Shown here: piece after piece, positions 6,350 to 14,935 of the stretch | Layout of the letters: every line of letters begins with the position of its first letter | Position numbering within the stretch: position 1 is the first letter of the stretch | Virus record (IMG/VR): IMGVR_UViG_3300032233_001715 | Span: 1 to 25,175 of that record | Reading direction: 5' to 3' (one strand) | Origin: a virus | Lineage: Duplodnaviria > Caudoviricetes | DNA: 25,175 nt | Translations under genes and position numbers: made by a program | Notes under the pieces: model-generated | Seen by the model: only the letters and a program-made list of their open reading frames with translations | Database searches by the model: none | Told to the model about the DNA's origin: nothing

Positions 6350-8899
6350 ATGCCCTCGCTAATAGATCTTGCTTCATACAAAATCATTTCTGAAAAGCAG
6401 CTTACCAATAACTACAACCTGTTGGTTGATGCTGTAAATTCAAACTTTGATTTTACTCTGGCGCAGGTATCTAACCCCATTCCTGCTGCTACAACGGGAC
6501 AGCTAAACGACGTCCTCACTATAAAGGCAGGGTTTGTTCTTGGGTACTCGTCTCTAACAGATCTGATTAGCGTCTCAGACGTCTTTAATAGCTTTTTAAA
6601 CGCCTCTGCTCAAGTCTTAAGATTAAATAACAATTTAACTCTTTCGCTACTAAGTACAGGCGGAGCTCCAAATCAATTTACGATCGCTGCTTCTCTACCC
6701 GGCGGAACTTCTATCGATGGCGTAGTCTTTCGTCAACTAAGTAACGTTGGCGACATGCAGGAAATCCACACCGTAACTCAGTTTACGGTTGCGGCAAACA
6801 CTGCAAGTTTGAGTGTGACTACGGGGTATTTCCAAATTAATGCCCTTAGAGTTGGAACCTACGCCTTTCCAACAACCACACCAAGTAATAATCAAATTTT
6901 ACAGGCTAACGCTTCAGGCAATCTGGAGTTTAGAAATCCGTTTACGCCAATAACTTTTGACGGCAACGAATACGCATTCAGTACCAAAAAACCGCTGCGG
7001 TTCTTAGCCACTGACTACCCGTCGCTAAGTATTAAATTTGGAACTGAAGAAACAGGTTTCGGTTTTACAGATTCCTGGGCAGACAACAGTGCCCGTATTT
7101 ATAGCTACATCTTAGGAGCCTCGGTATTTGAAATTGTCAAACCTGCAGACGTATCTGGCAATCCTGTAGCGCCGTACGTTCAACTCACTGGCGGTCTAGC
7201 CTTGGCTCCAGCCTCAAGCATAGATGCTTTGAGCAATCCTGTTGGAGGCCTTTGGTACGACTCTGGAACAGAGGGGCTAATTCTAACTACTGCCTCAGGT
7301 AGGAAGTACATCAGCAGTCAGGCTCTTACAGCGTCTGTAAACACTGAGGAAGTTAAAGACTTCGTGCTGCAGCCTGCATCTACATTTACAGTTGATGCTG
7401 GGTCTACTGTAAAGCCTGGGCTTAACGTAGGCAGCAGTGCTGGCTTGGCGTCGGACTCAAACAGCCTCAAAGTGGTTGTAAACGGCACTGCATCCGTCCA
7501 GATATCCAACGTTGGTCTAGAGTCTGCCGTAGCCGGATCTACTGCTACAGCTAGGCTGATACTCAACGACACCATAGGTATCAACAATCCAACTAAGCCA
7601 ACTTATTCGTTCTCCGGTGTGGAAGGTCTTGGTATCTTCCGAGCAGACACGGACGCCATTGGCATGGCAGTCAAGGGGCAGACCGTACTAGAGGTGTCTG
7701 AGGCCAAACTAAACGTTAAGGGCAGCAAGGTTTCCAACGTTGCGACACCTACTGAACCTCAAGACGCCGCCAATAAAGACTATGTAGATGCTAGAATTCC
7801 CATTGGATCTACCCCAGGCGCTTTGCCGATTGTTTCGTCAGGCACTACGTCAAAGTATGTACAGAGTGATGCAAAGTATTTAAATGGCGTATTGGAAATT
7901 GGTAGCTCAGCTGCTCCGGCCTCTTTCAGAATGAACTCGAGTAGTGGTGGAGCTGCAATCATCAAAGCTCCTGCTACCGTAAACAATATTGTATTTGAAC
8001 TGCCCAGCAATAACTTAAATAACGGCGTTCTACAGAATGTGGGCGGCCAAAGTCGATGGGTCAACATTGATTCTATTACAGGCAATACGCTTAAAGCAGA
8101 CGGTTCGGTAAACCTAAGCAAAGGCTTGAACTTAACCGCAGACTCCACACCTACAAGCCCTGCAATAGGTAAAGGCAATACTGGCGTATACGCAGCTACC
8201 GAGTCTGCAGCCAAGATTGGCTTTTCGGCTCAAGGCCAACGCCTGCTTGAAGCAAACGCTACCACAAGAGCACTCGTCGGCGCTAGCGATACTTTTAATG
8301 CTCCGTTCATTCGCCTAGATAACACTATTACAACCTACTCCTCTGTAGGCAATTCCGGACAACCTACGTACGCCTTTGCAGGAGAGGCTCAAACAGGCCT
8401 AGGCCAAACCCAGGTCCAATCTGTAAGCTTGCTAGTAAACGGAACTGCAAAAATATCGGCAAATGCAAACGGAATCAGCGCACATAACAACAGAGTGCAA
8501 TCTGTATCCGATCCAGTCCAGGCAACAGACGCAGCAACAAAGGGCTACGTAGACACTTTAGTAAAAGCTCGTAAAGAGCTAAGCTTCCTGGTTCAAAGCC
8601 TACCTGCAGGTTGGACTTCTGGCTCAGCCCTTATTCTTTCTATCTACGATAAGGCGCTCATTTTTAACAGCGCTATAGGCAATGTAAGTTTTGAATCAGC
8701 CGCAGACAACAAACTTGTGGTGGTGCCGTCAAACTTCTCTGTAAACCCTGATTGCCAGGTGTATGTAGATAACTCGCGTCTTGTCAAAATGGCTAAGTCT
8801 ACAGGCGTAAGAGAAGTGTCGTATGGCACAGCAGGATCGATTGTTCTCAATTACAACTTAGCAGTCGGCAATGTTGTAACCATACATTTACCCGGCTAA
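6350..8899 (+). CDS. Tail-fibre-like virion structural protein
   Basis: 849 aa, rich in S/T/G/A/N. Repeated fibre-type motifs PTYSFSGVEGLGIF / PTYAFAGEAQTGL and KVSNVATPTEPQDAANKDYVD / RVQSVSDPVQATDAATKGYVD. Confidence 0.7.
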   Translation: MPSLIDLASYKIISEKQLTNNYNLLVDAVNSNFDFTLAQVSNPIPAATTGQLNDVLTIKAGFVLGYSSLTDLISVSDVFNSFLNASAQVLRLNNNLTLSLLSTGGAPNQFTIAASLPGGTSIDGVVFRQLSNVGDMQEIHTVTQFTVAANTASLSVTTGYFQINALRVGTYAFPTTTPSNNQILQANASGNLEFRNPFTPITFDGNEYAFSTKKPLRFLATDYPSLSIKFGTEETGFGFTDSWADNSARIYSYILGASVFEIVKPADVSGNPVAPYVQLTGGLALAPASSIDALSNPVGGLWYDSGTEGLILTTASGRKYISSQALTASVNTEEVKDFVLQPASTFTVDAGSTVKPGLNVGSSAGLASDSNSLKVVVNGTASVQISNVGLESAVAGSTATARLILNDTIGINNPTKPTYSFSGVEGLGIFRADTDAIGMAVKGQTVLEVSEAKLNVKGSKVSNVATPTEPQDAANKDYVDARIPIGSTPGALPIVSSGTTSKYVQSDAKYLNGVLEIGSSAAPASFRMNSSSGGAAIIKAPATVNNIVFELPSNNLNNGVLQNVGGQSRWVNIDSITGNTLKADGSVNLSKGLNLTADSTPTSPAIGKGNTGVYAATESAAKIGFSAQGQRLLEANATTRALVGASDTFNAPFIRLDNTITTYSSVGNSGQPTYAFAGEAQTGLGQTQVQSVSLLVNGTAKISANANGISAHNNRVQSVSDPVQATDAATKGYVDTLVKARKELSFLVQSLPAGWTSGSALILSIYDKALIFNSAIGNVSFESAADNKLVVVPSNFSVNPDCQVYVDNSRLVKMAKSTGVREVSYGTAGSIVLNYNLAVGNVVTIHLPG
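7727..8554 (+). repeat. Diverged internal protein repeat (DAxxKxYVD units at 7727-7789 and 8492-8554)
   Basis: Two alignable units, each preceded by a PTYxFxG module; similarity is visible at protein level only. Confidence 0.7.
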
Positions 8900-8912
8900 G
8901 ATCCCAAACAAC

Positions 8913-9875
8913 ATGAGCATGCATACTTGTCCGTCCGGCAGGAAACTGCTGATGGATCGCTGTGAGCTTCGCAGCGTTCCAAATCGACTATCCCCATTTC
9001 TGTCAAAGCTAATGGATTCCTACATAGGCTCTTTGGTTAAGTTAGGTGGCCCAGACGTACAGCGTGGCCTAATAGATCCCCTCAAGATTTACTACAAAGT
9101 CGGAGACACTGAACCACTTACCAATAATTGGAGCAGTTTTGTTCCTGCAAATTCGCCCAAGTACTTCACGGCTTCTGTCGTTCGTAGACTAGCTCTTACT
9201 AAGCTATTTCGACTTGGAGTTCGTAGGTGCATTGGTAAGCTTGCAACGGCGGACGCAAATAGCAACAACCGAATGTACAGCTGTCCGCCAATAGGGATGA
9301 ATGCCTCTTCATGGAAGTGTCGCAGTATCTTTTGCCCTAATTGCAGAATGCGAATTGCTAATAAAACTTGGCGATTTTTGCGTACTCGCTACGAGAACCA
9401 AGCATTTGAAGCAATACCTGCAGTAATCTTTAAAGCAGATATTCCATTTGCTGAAAGCAGATTTGGGTATAACCCAGTACTCGACGAATCCTTGATGAGA
9501 AGGATCAGTAACCGGCTAGTTAAAGTAGATCACTTTGGGTGTAAGACCTTAGGCGCCAAAGTGATAGATAAAAAGCCGGTAACTTCGGTTCGAATCGCAC
9601 TGCTTTCAGATGCAAAAAATATGCAACTTATTCAAAATCAAATGACTAAGTTGCAAAAGTATATGAGGAAAAACTCTCCGGAAATATTAGTATCCGTAGA
9701 GACCAGAGAAGGGCTAGACAACATATGCTTGGAGCTATATGATGCTACTCCTCTCTGCTTGTTGGCACTATCCAATGAAGGCTTTTACAGCAGTTTTGTC
9801 CAGCATACGGCAGAAGAGTTTAAGTCTGCGTTGGCAGGTAAAAAGAAAGTTTTGCTTTTTGGAACAGGAGTATAG
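8913..9875 (+). CDS. Hypothetical protein with a C-x11-C-x4-CPxC putative Zn-binding motif
   Basis: YSCPPIGMNASSWKCRSIFCPNCRMR at 9282-9344 resembles the Zn motif of rolling-circle Rep and IS91-type proteins; no HUH motif is visible. Confidence 0.7.
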   Translation: MSMHTCPSGRKLLMDRCELRSVPNRLSPFLSKLMDSYIGSLVKLGGPDVQRGLIDPLKIYYKVGDTEPLTNNWSSFVPANSPKYFTASVVRRLALTKLFRLGVRRCIGKLATADANSNNRMYSCPPIGMNASSWKCRSIFCPNCRMRIANKTWRFLRTRYENQAFEAIPAVIFKADIPFAESRFGYNPVLDESLMRRISNRLVKVDHFGCKTLGAKVIDKKPVTSVRIALLSDAKNMQLIQNQMTKLQKYMRKNSPEILVSVETREGLDNICLELYDATPLCLLALSNEGFYSSFVQHTAEEFKSALAGKKKVLLFGTGV

Positions 9876-9879
9876 AAAC

Positions 9880-12390
9880 TTGACCCCAGAGACACTCACA
9901 GCAACTAAATCCAGCGAGCAAGTCGCTGTCGTATCTCCGATCTACTATACCTACGAAGAGGCTATAGCGGCCTCTACGGAGTATTTCGGTGGCGACGATC
10001 TTGCGGCTCGTGTGTTCGTAGACAAGTACGCACTTAGAGACGGAGAGCAAAATCTCCTGGAGGCAACTCCGGATCAGATGCACCATAGGCTTGCCAAGGA
10101 ATTTGCTCGCATTGAAAAGAGCAAGTTCAAGCAGCCGTACTCAGAGCAAGAGATTTTTGATGCTTTGAACAAGTTTGGCCGCATCGTTGCACAGGGCAGC
10201 CCCATGTACGGCATTGGCAATACGTATCAGACGATTAGTCTGAGCAACTGCTATGTACTGCAGAGTCCTGAAGATTCATATTCCGGTATTTGCAGAGCGG
10301 ACGAAGAACTGGTTCAGATCAGCAAGCGTCGTGGAGGTTGTGGTCTAGACCTAGCCACGCTTCGCCCGGAAGGATCTCTGACCAAGAATGCTGCTCGTAC
10401 CAGCACGGGCACCATCCCGTTTGCAGAGCGATTCTCTAACTCTATTCGTGAGGTTGGACAAAACGGTCGTCGTGGCGCTCTGATGATTACGCAGTCGATT
10501 CAGCACCCAGATGTCGAGGCGTTCATCAAGTGCAAGCGAGACCTGACGAAGGTCACAGGGGCTAACATTTCTGTACGCCTCTCTGACGAATTCCTCAATG
10601 CGGTTGAGCAAGGCAAGGATTACACGCAGCAATGGCCTGCCGAAAATCCAAAGGTTAGTCGCAAGGTAAATGCCGGTAAGGTTTGGGATATGCTTATTGA
10701 AGCAGCTCACGCCACTGCAGAGCCCGGCATGCTGATGTGGGATACGATTATTCGTGAAAGCATCCCAGATTGCTACGCTGACATGGGCTTCAAGACAGTC
10801 TGCACGAATCCATGTTCCGAGATTCCACTCTCTGCATACGACTCCTGCCGACTGATGCTGGTGAATGCTTATTCATACGTTAAGCAGCCATTTACCAAGG
10901 AAGCAAAGTTTGACTTTGAATCCTTCAAGCAAGATGCCTACATGTGCCAGCGACTCATGGACGACATGGTTGATCTGGAACTGGAGTGCATTGACAAGAT
11001 TCTTGATAAGGTCTACAACGACCCTGAGGATCCTGAGCTAAAGGTCAGAGAGCTTGCCCTTTGGAAGAAGGTTCGTACGGCTGCTGCCAACGGCCGTCGT
11101 ACAGGTTCCGGCATGACCGCTATTGGCGATACCCTGGCCGCCCTTGGGATCAGCTATGGCTCAAAGGATGGCATTGGATCTATCGACGAGATCTACAAGC
11201 AGTTCAAGCTGGCTTGCTATCGCTCATCGATAGACATGGCCAAGGAGCTTGGCGCATTCCCTATCCACGACAGCAATCGCGAAAAGAACAATCCGTTCCT
11301 ACTACGTATTGCTGCCGAGGATCCTGCGCTGTATGAAGATATGCGTAAATATGGCAGACGCAACATTGCGCTGCTTACTACAGCACCTTGCGGCTCTGTA
11401 TCCATCTTGACTCAGACGAGCTCAGGCATTGAGCCTCAGTTCATGATTACCCCCTACACCCGACGCAAGAAGGGCAATCCTGGGGATAAGAATTTCCGTT
11501 CTGATTTTGTCGATCAGAGCGGAGATCACTGGATGGAATTTACGGTATATCCGCCAAAGGTCTCAGAGTGGATGCGCATTACGGGAGAAACCGATCTGAC
11601 CAAGAGTCCTTGGGCCGGATCTACTGCTCCTGAACTTGACTGGGAATCTCGAGTCAAGCTGCAGGCAACTGCGCAGAAGCATATTGATCACGCCATCAGC
11701 AGCACCATCAATCTTCCAGCAGACACCACCATTGAGACAGTAAACAAGATTTATCTCAAGGCTTGGAGAGCCGGCTGCAAGGGCGTCACCATCTACCGAG
11801 ATGGCTGCCGTACCGGAGTGCTGGTAGCCAAGGAAGACAAGAAGGCCAAGGACGTAGGCTATAAGCGGCCTAACATTCTGCCCTGCGAAGTACACCACCA
11901 CACAGTTGGAGGCACTCCTTACTTCGTGCTTGTCAGCACTCGTAATGGCGCACCCTACGAAATCTTTGCTGGGGTAAACCAAAACGAGGACTCTGAGCCA
12001 ATTATTCCCAAGCGCTTCAAGGGTGGTACTCTGACCAAGATGGACAGAGGCCACTATAAGGGCGAGTTTATTGACAATAAGAATGAGGGCGAAATTCTCA
12101 CTCTTAATAAACTGGGCAATCTTGTCTCAAGCGAAGAAGGCGCAATTACAAGACTTATCTCCACCTCTCTACGACACGGTGTAGAAATTCACTATATTGT
12201 GCATCAGCTAGAAAAGGTAAAGGGAGATATGTTCTCGTTCTCCAAGACCGTAGCTCGTACCCTTAAGAAGTTTATTCCCGATGGTACGGAGGTCAAGGGT
12301 GAGCGCTGCGGTACTTGTCAGTCGGAAAGCCTGGTGCGACAGGAAGGGTGCGTTACCTGTAAGTCCTGTGGCAGCAGTAAGTGTGGTTAA
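9880..12390 (+). CDS. nrdJ: Class II (adenosylcobalamin-dependent) ribonucleotide reductase
   Basis: SLSNC, KRRGGCG, GRRGALM, TGANISV, catalytic TNPCSEI, APCGSVSIL, ISSTINLP, KGVTIYRDGCR, and C-terminal CxxC...CxxC..KCG. Likely start is TTG 9880 after AGGAG, not 9739. No nrdB in the window. Confidence 0.95.
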   Translation: MTPETLTATKSSEQVAVVSPIYYTYEEAIAASTEYFGGDDLAARVFVDKYALRDGEQNLLEATPDQMHHRLAKEFARIEKSKFKQPYSEQEIFDALNKFGRIVAQGSPMYGIGNTYQTISLSNCYVLQSPEDSYSGICRADEELVQISKRRGGCGLDLATLRPEGSLTKNAARTSTGTIPFAERFSNSIREVGQNGRRGALMITQSIQHPDVEAFIKCKRDLTKVTGANISVRLSDEFLNAVEQGKDYTQQWPAENPKVSRKVNAGKVWDMLIEAAHATAEPGMLMWDTIIRESIPDCYADMGFKTVCTNPCSEIPLSAYDSCRLMLVNAYSYVKQPFTKEAKFDFESFKQDAYMCQRLMDDMVDLELECIDKILDKVYNDPEDPELKVRELALWKKVRTAAANGRRTGSGMTAIGDTLAALGISYGSKDGIGSIDEIYKQFKLACYRSSIDMAKELGAFPIHDSNREKNNPFLLRIAAEDPALYEDMRKYGRRNIALLTTAPCGSVSILTQTSSGIEPQFMITPYTRRKKGNPGDKNFRSDFVDQSGDHWMEFTVYPPKVSEWMRITGETDLTKSPWAGSTAPELDWESRVKLQATAQKHIDHAISSTINLPADTTIETVNKIYLKAWRAGCKGVTIYRDGCRTGVLVAKEDKKAKDVGYKRPNILPCEVHHHTVGGTPYFVLVSTRNGAPYEIFAGVNQNEDSEPIIPKRFKGGTLTKMDRGHYKGEFIDNKNEGEILTLNKLGNLVSSEEGAITRLISTSLRHGVEIHYIVHQLEKVKGDMFSFSKTVARTLKKFIPDGTEVKGERCGTCQSESLVRQEGCVTCKSCGSSKCG

Positions 12391-12405
12391 TCAATAAGGA
12401 ACTTT

Positions 12406-12774
12406 ATGAGCAAGTTTGAATCAGTCTCTACCGGAAATATCGCAAATACTCCGCTCAAGGCGAACAGCCCTATGAGCCCTTCAGAGAAGATGGCGTTTGA
12501 GCCGCAGATCACAGATGCTGTGACTGTCGAAACCATTGAAGAGAAGCTTTGGGAGACAATTAGCGAAGAGCGCTGGACGGACAACCGTCTCGGCTCATCC
12601 ATCGCTAATAACTTCCATCGCGTCACCCGCCGAATGCCAGTACCTGGCGGCTACCTTTACTCGGTAGCCACCTACGCCATGACTTACGTCAGAGGCGTGT
12701 CAGATTCCAGCATTACTGAGACAATGCAGTTTGTGCCGGACACGGGTACTCCGACAACCAAGTCTAAGAAGTAA
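12406..12774 (+). CDS. Hypothetical phage protein
   Basis: SD TAAGGA upstream; contains TRRMPVPGGYLY, resembling a small phage protein motif of unknown function. Confidence 0.75.
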   Translation: MSKFESVSTGNIANTPLKANSPMSPSEKMAFEPQITDAVTVETIEEKLWETISEERWTDNRLGSSIANNFHRVTRRMPVPGGYLYSVATYAMTYVRGVSDSSITETMQFVPDTGTPTTKSKK

Positions 12775-12787
12775 TTTGCACTAAACC

Positions 12788-12803
12788 CTTAAATGGGGTA
12801 AAC
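12788..12803 (+). promoter_or_regulatory. Intergenic motif copy 2 (CTTAAATGGGGTAAAC)
   Basis: Sits in the 48-nt gap upstream of SD TAAGGAG and ATG 12823. Confidence 0.4.
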
Positions 12804-12822
12804 AGTGGTGTAAGGAGCTAAC

Positions 12823-13260
12823 ATGCCTTACACCACTGTTTATTTACAATACTCTGAAACTAGAAATGACGATGCCGAGTACGAGGAATCAGAAGATGAA
12901 AACCTCGACGAGGACATCGACGACTATGACTATGACGACTCCGAAGGTCGTTGCTATATAGAATTTAATCCAATCAAACTCTCAGTTAAGGAACCCCGGG
13001 GAGACTCGGTGGAGATTGAACTGGATTTTGAGGTAGATGTTGGCGACACTTTGCATCTCGTTGTAGTAAGGTACAACAACCATCGAAGCGGAGTCCTGGA
13101 AGACTGGTGCGTAGAACGCGTCTTCCGCAATGGGGATGAAGCAGAGGAGCTTGTCGAAGGACTCGAAGATGGCTTGGCCAACGCAGAATGTGCAGAGGAC
13201 AAGAACGGAGAGTCTATTGTCGTAAAAGCTGAAGTGTTCAGCATGCAGCTGCATAAGTAG
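12823..13260 (+). CDS. Highly acidic hypothetical protein
   Basis: Strong SD TAAGGAG. Hand count gives about 42 D/E against 12 K/R in 145 aa. Confidence 0.8.
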   Translation: MPYTTVYLQYSETRNDDAEYEESEDENLDEDIDDYDYDDSEGRCYIEFNPIKLSVKEPRGDSVEIELDFEVDVGDTLHLVVVRYNNHRSGVLEDWCVERVFRNGDEAEELVEGLEDGLANAECAEDKNGESIVVKAEVFSMQLHK

Positions 13261-13265
13261 AAACA

Positions 13266-13355
13266 ATGCACAAACCTAAATTACAGCTACTGAAAGCCGC
13301 AAGCATAGTGTTGTTTTGGGCAGCAGTAGTGCTGTCTTTTAATGGTTGGGTTTAA
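13266..13355 (+). CDS. Small putative membrane peptide (29 aa)
   Basis: MHKPKLQLLKAASIVLFWAAVVLSFNGWV*: basic N-terminus then a hydrophobic stretch; fills the gap between two genes. Not in the ORF track. Confidence 0.5.
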   Translation: MHKPKLQLLKAASIVLFWAAVVLSFNGWV

Positions 13356-13370
13356 TACATAAAATTAAAT

Positions 13371-13679
13371 ATGCCAGAAATAGACTTAGAGTTTGCTAAA
13401 AAACAGATTGAACAAGCTCATCTAGTTCAACTTTTAACATATGCTGACTTGGCAAAAAAGGCAATACCTGAAGGCAAACTTGGACTGACACTAAGAGACT
13501 TTACTCGTAAATACCCGCATATTAAAGCACTTGAAGCAAAACAAATATTAGACAAACTAAAAGTAAGCGCATACTGGATATGTATTTTTACTAAACCAGG
13601 GAGGCGCGGAGGCAGACCGACACAACTGTATTTTTCTCCAGAAAATTACAGTATATTCATAGTTAATAAGGTGGCTTAA
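13371..13679 (+). CDS. Winged-helix DNA-binding protein (putative)
   Basis: GLTLRDFTRK...EAKQILDKL... followed by the wing motif RRGGRPTQLYF. Confidence 0.65.
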   Translation: MPEIDLEFAKKQIEQAHLVQLLTYADLAKKAIPEGKLGLTLRDFTRKYPHIKALEAKQILDKLKVSAYWICIFTKPGRRGGRPTQLYFSPENYSIFIVNKVA

Positions 13680-14009
13680 ATGGCAATCGTTCCACGACTT
13701 GAAGAAAAAGAAATGCTTGAAAATTTCCAGCCTATCCACGACTTTGTCGTGATTCGCAAATGGAAGGCCCCCGAAACAACAGCGGCAGGAATCATCGTGC
13801 CAGACGACCGCAAGGACTTTCAGTCTAAGCGAGGCACTGTGATCAAGATGGGCAGCTGCGACAACCTAAAGGTTCGTAAGCTGCCCGTACCCGACGTCAA
13901 GGTTGGAGACGAAGTTCTATTCACGGCGTTCTCCGGTTCTGAGATCCCTATGCCTGACGGATATCTGATCATGCACGTAACAGAAATCCTCGGCGTACTG
14001 GAGGAGTGA
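13680..14009 (+). CDS. groES: Co-chaperonin GroES (Cpn10)
   Basis: FQPIHDFVVIR, mobile loop ETTAAGIIVPD, GTVIKMG, VKVGDEVLF..FSGSEI, YLIMHVTEILGVLE. Confidence 0.92.
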   Translation: MAIVPRLEEKEMLENFQPIHDFVVIRKWKAPETTAAGIIVPDDRKDFQSKRGTVIKMGSCDNLKVRKLPVPDVKVGDEVLFTAFSGSEIPMPDGYLIMHVTEILGVLEE

Positions 14010-14935
14010 TGTACGATAAGTCTTTCTTGCCGGTCAGCAAAGACTATAAAATTAAAGACTTGGAGACCGGCTTCAAACCACCCAAGAAGCCGATCTACAA
14101 TCGTCCCGACCAGTGCGTAGAGGTGGTAACGGCTTTTAATAATATTCTAATCAGACAAAAAATCGATATTATTGGTAAGCCTCTGAGCCAAGAGAATCTT
14201 GCTGCACTTATTCGCACAGCCAGAGAGGTTACTAGCTGTGAGGCAGAGATAGGCAGAAATCTTTTACAGCCTTTTCTTGGATGCCTGATAACTAAAAGAA
14301 TAAAAGACCTTATCTGCTGGCAGGTAGCAGGTAATCGTAAACGAGTTCTTGATGAGTCCGTACTGCTCTACTCAGGAAAGCCTGAGGAGTTAGGCTGGAT
14401 GAGTTGCGCTATTGCGCAGCACCTAGACGACTCTGATTCTTTTCTAGGCTGCTATCGTATACGAGTTTTAGACGGGCCTGCGGCAGGATTTGATATGTAC
14501 ATGAAGGTTCCCAAGACCTTCAGCCGTATGTCTCATGCGCTAGGAGCTCGCTACAAGGTAGATAAGCAGCGAGTAAAACTGGCGGATCCCAGGGAAGCGG
14601 TTCAGCTGCAAATGCTGGTATATCCCGATGCCATCCCTTTATTGCAATTTGATGCACACGTAGGGCACACTACCGCTAGCTTTAACGTCAAGGATAATTC
14701 AGTAGGTTTGCTGAGGGCCACCCCAAAGCAGAAGGCGTTCAATCTCAAACTGATGAAAGAACGCAAGAAAAATTGCCTACAATCTCTGACAACGGATTGC
14801 TCTAAATGCTGGGTTGGGTATGATTCGTGCCCTAGGGGTACACAGCCCTTGACTGAAGTAAATCTACCTGCTAGTGTCAGCATCACCATCAAAGGAAAGA
14901 ACATATGTCAGAAGAAGATTTCCGAAGAAGCCTAG
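14006..14935 (+). CDS. Hypothetical protein with a C-terminal four-Cys cluster
   Basis: GTGA coupling with groES; NCLQSLTTDCSKCWVGYDSCP at 14774-14830. Confidence 0.75.
   Translation: MMYDKSFLPVSKDYKIKDLETGFKPPKKPIYNRPDQCVEVVTAFNNILIRQKIDIIGKPLSQENLAALIRTAREVTSCEAEIGRNLLQPFLGCLITKRIKDLICWQVAGNRKRVLDESVLLYSGKPEELGWMSCAIAQHLDDSDSFLGCYRIRVLDGPAAGFDMYMKVPKTFSRMSHALGARYKVDKQRVKLADPREAVQLQMLVYPDAIPLLQFDAHVGHTTASFNVKDNSVGLLRATPKQKAFNLKLMKERKKNCLQSLTTDCSKCWVGYDSCPRGTQPLTEVNLPASVSITIKGKNICQKKISEEA

Noticed and set aside
9739-9879. N-terminal extension of NrdJ given by the ORF track
   Set aside because: It overlaps 8913..9875 by 137 nt; AGGAG followed by TTG at 9880 gives a cleaner start.
9880-12390. 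Intein or intron in nrdJ (also considered for recA and thyX)
   Set aside because: Motifs run continuously at the expected spacing; no intein termini or homing-endonuclease motifs were seen.
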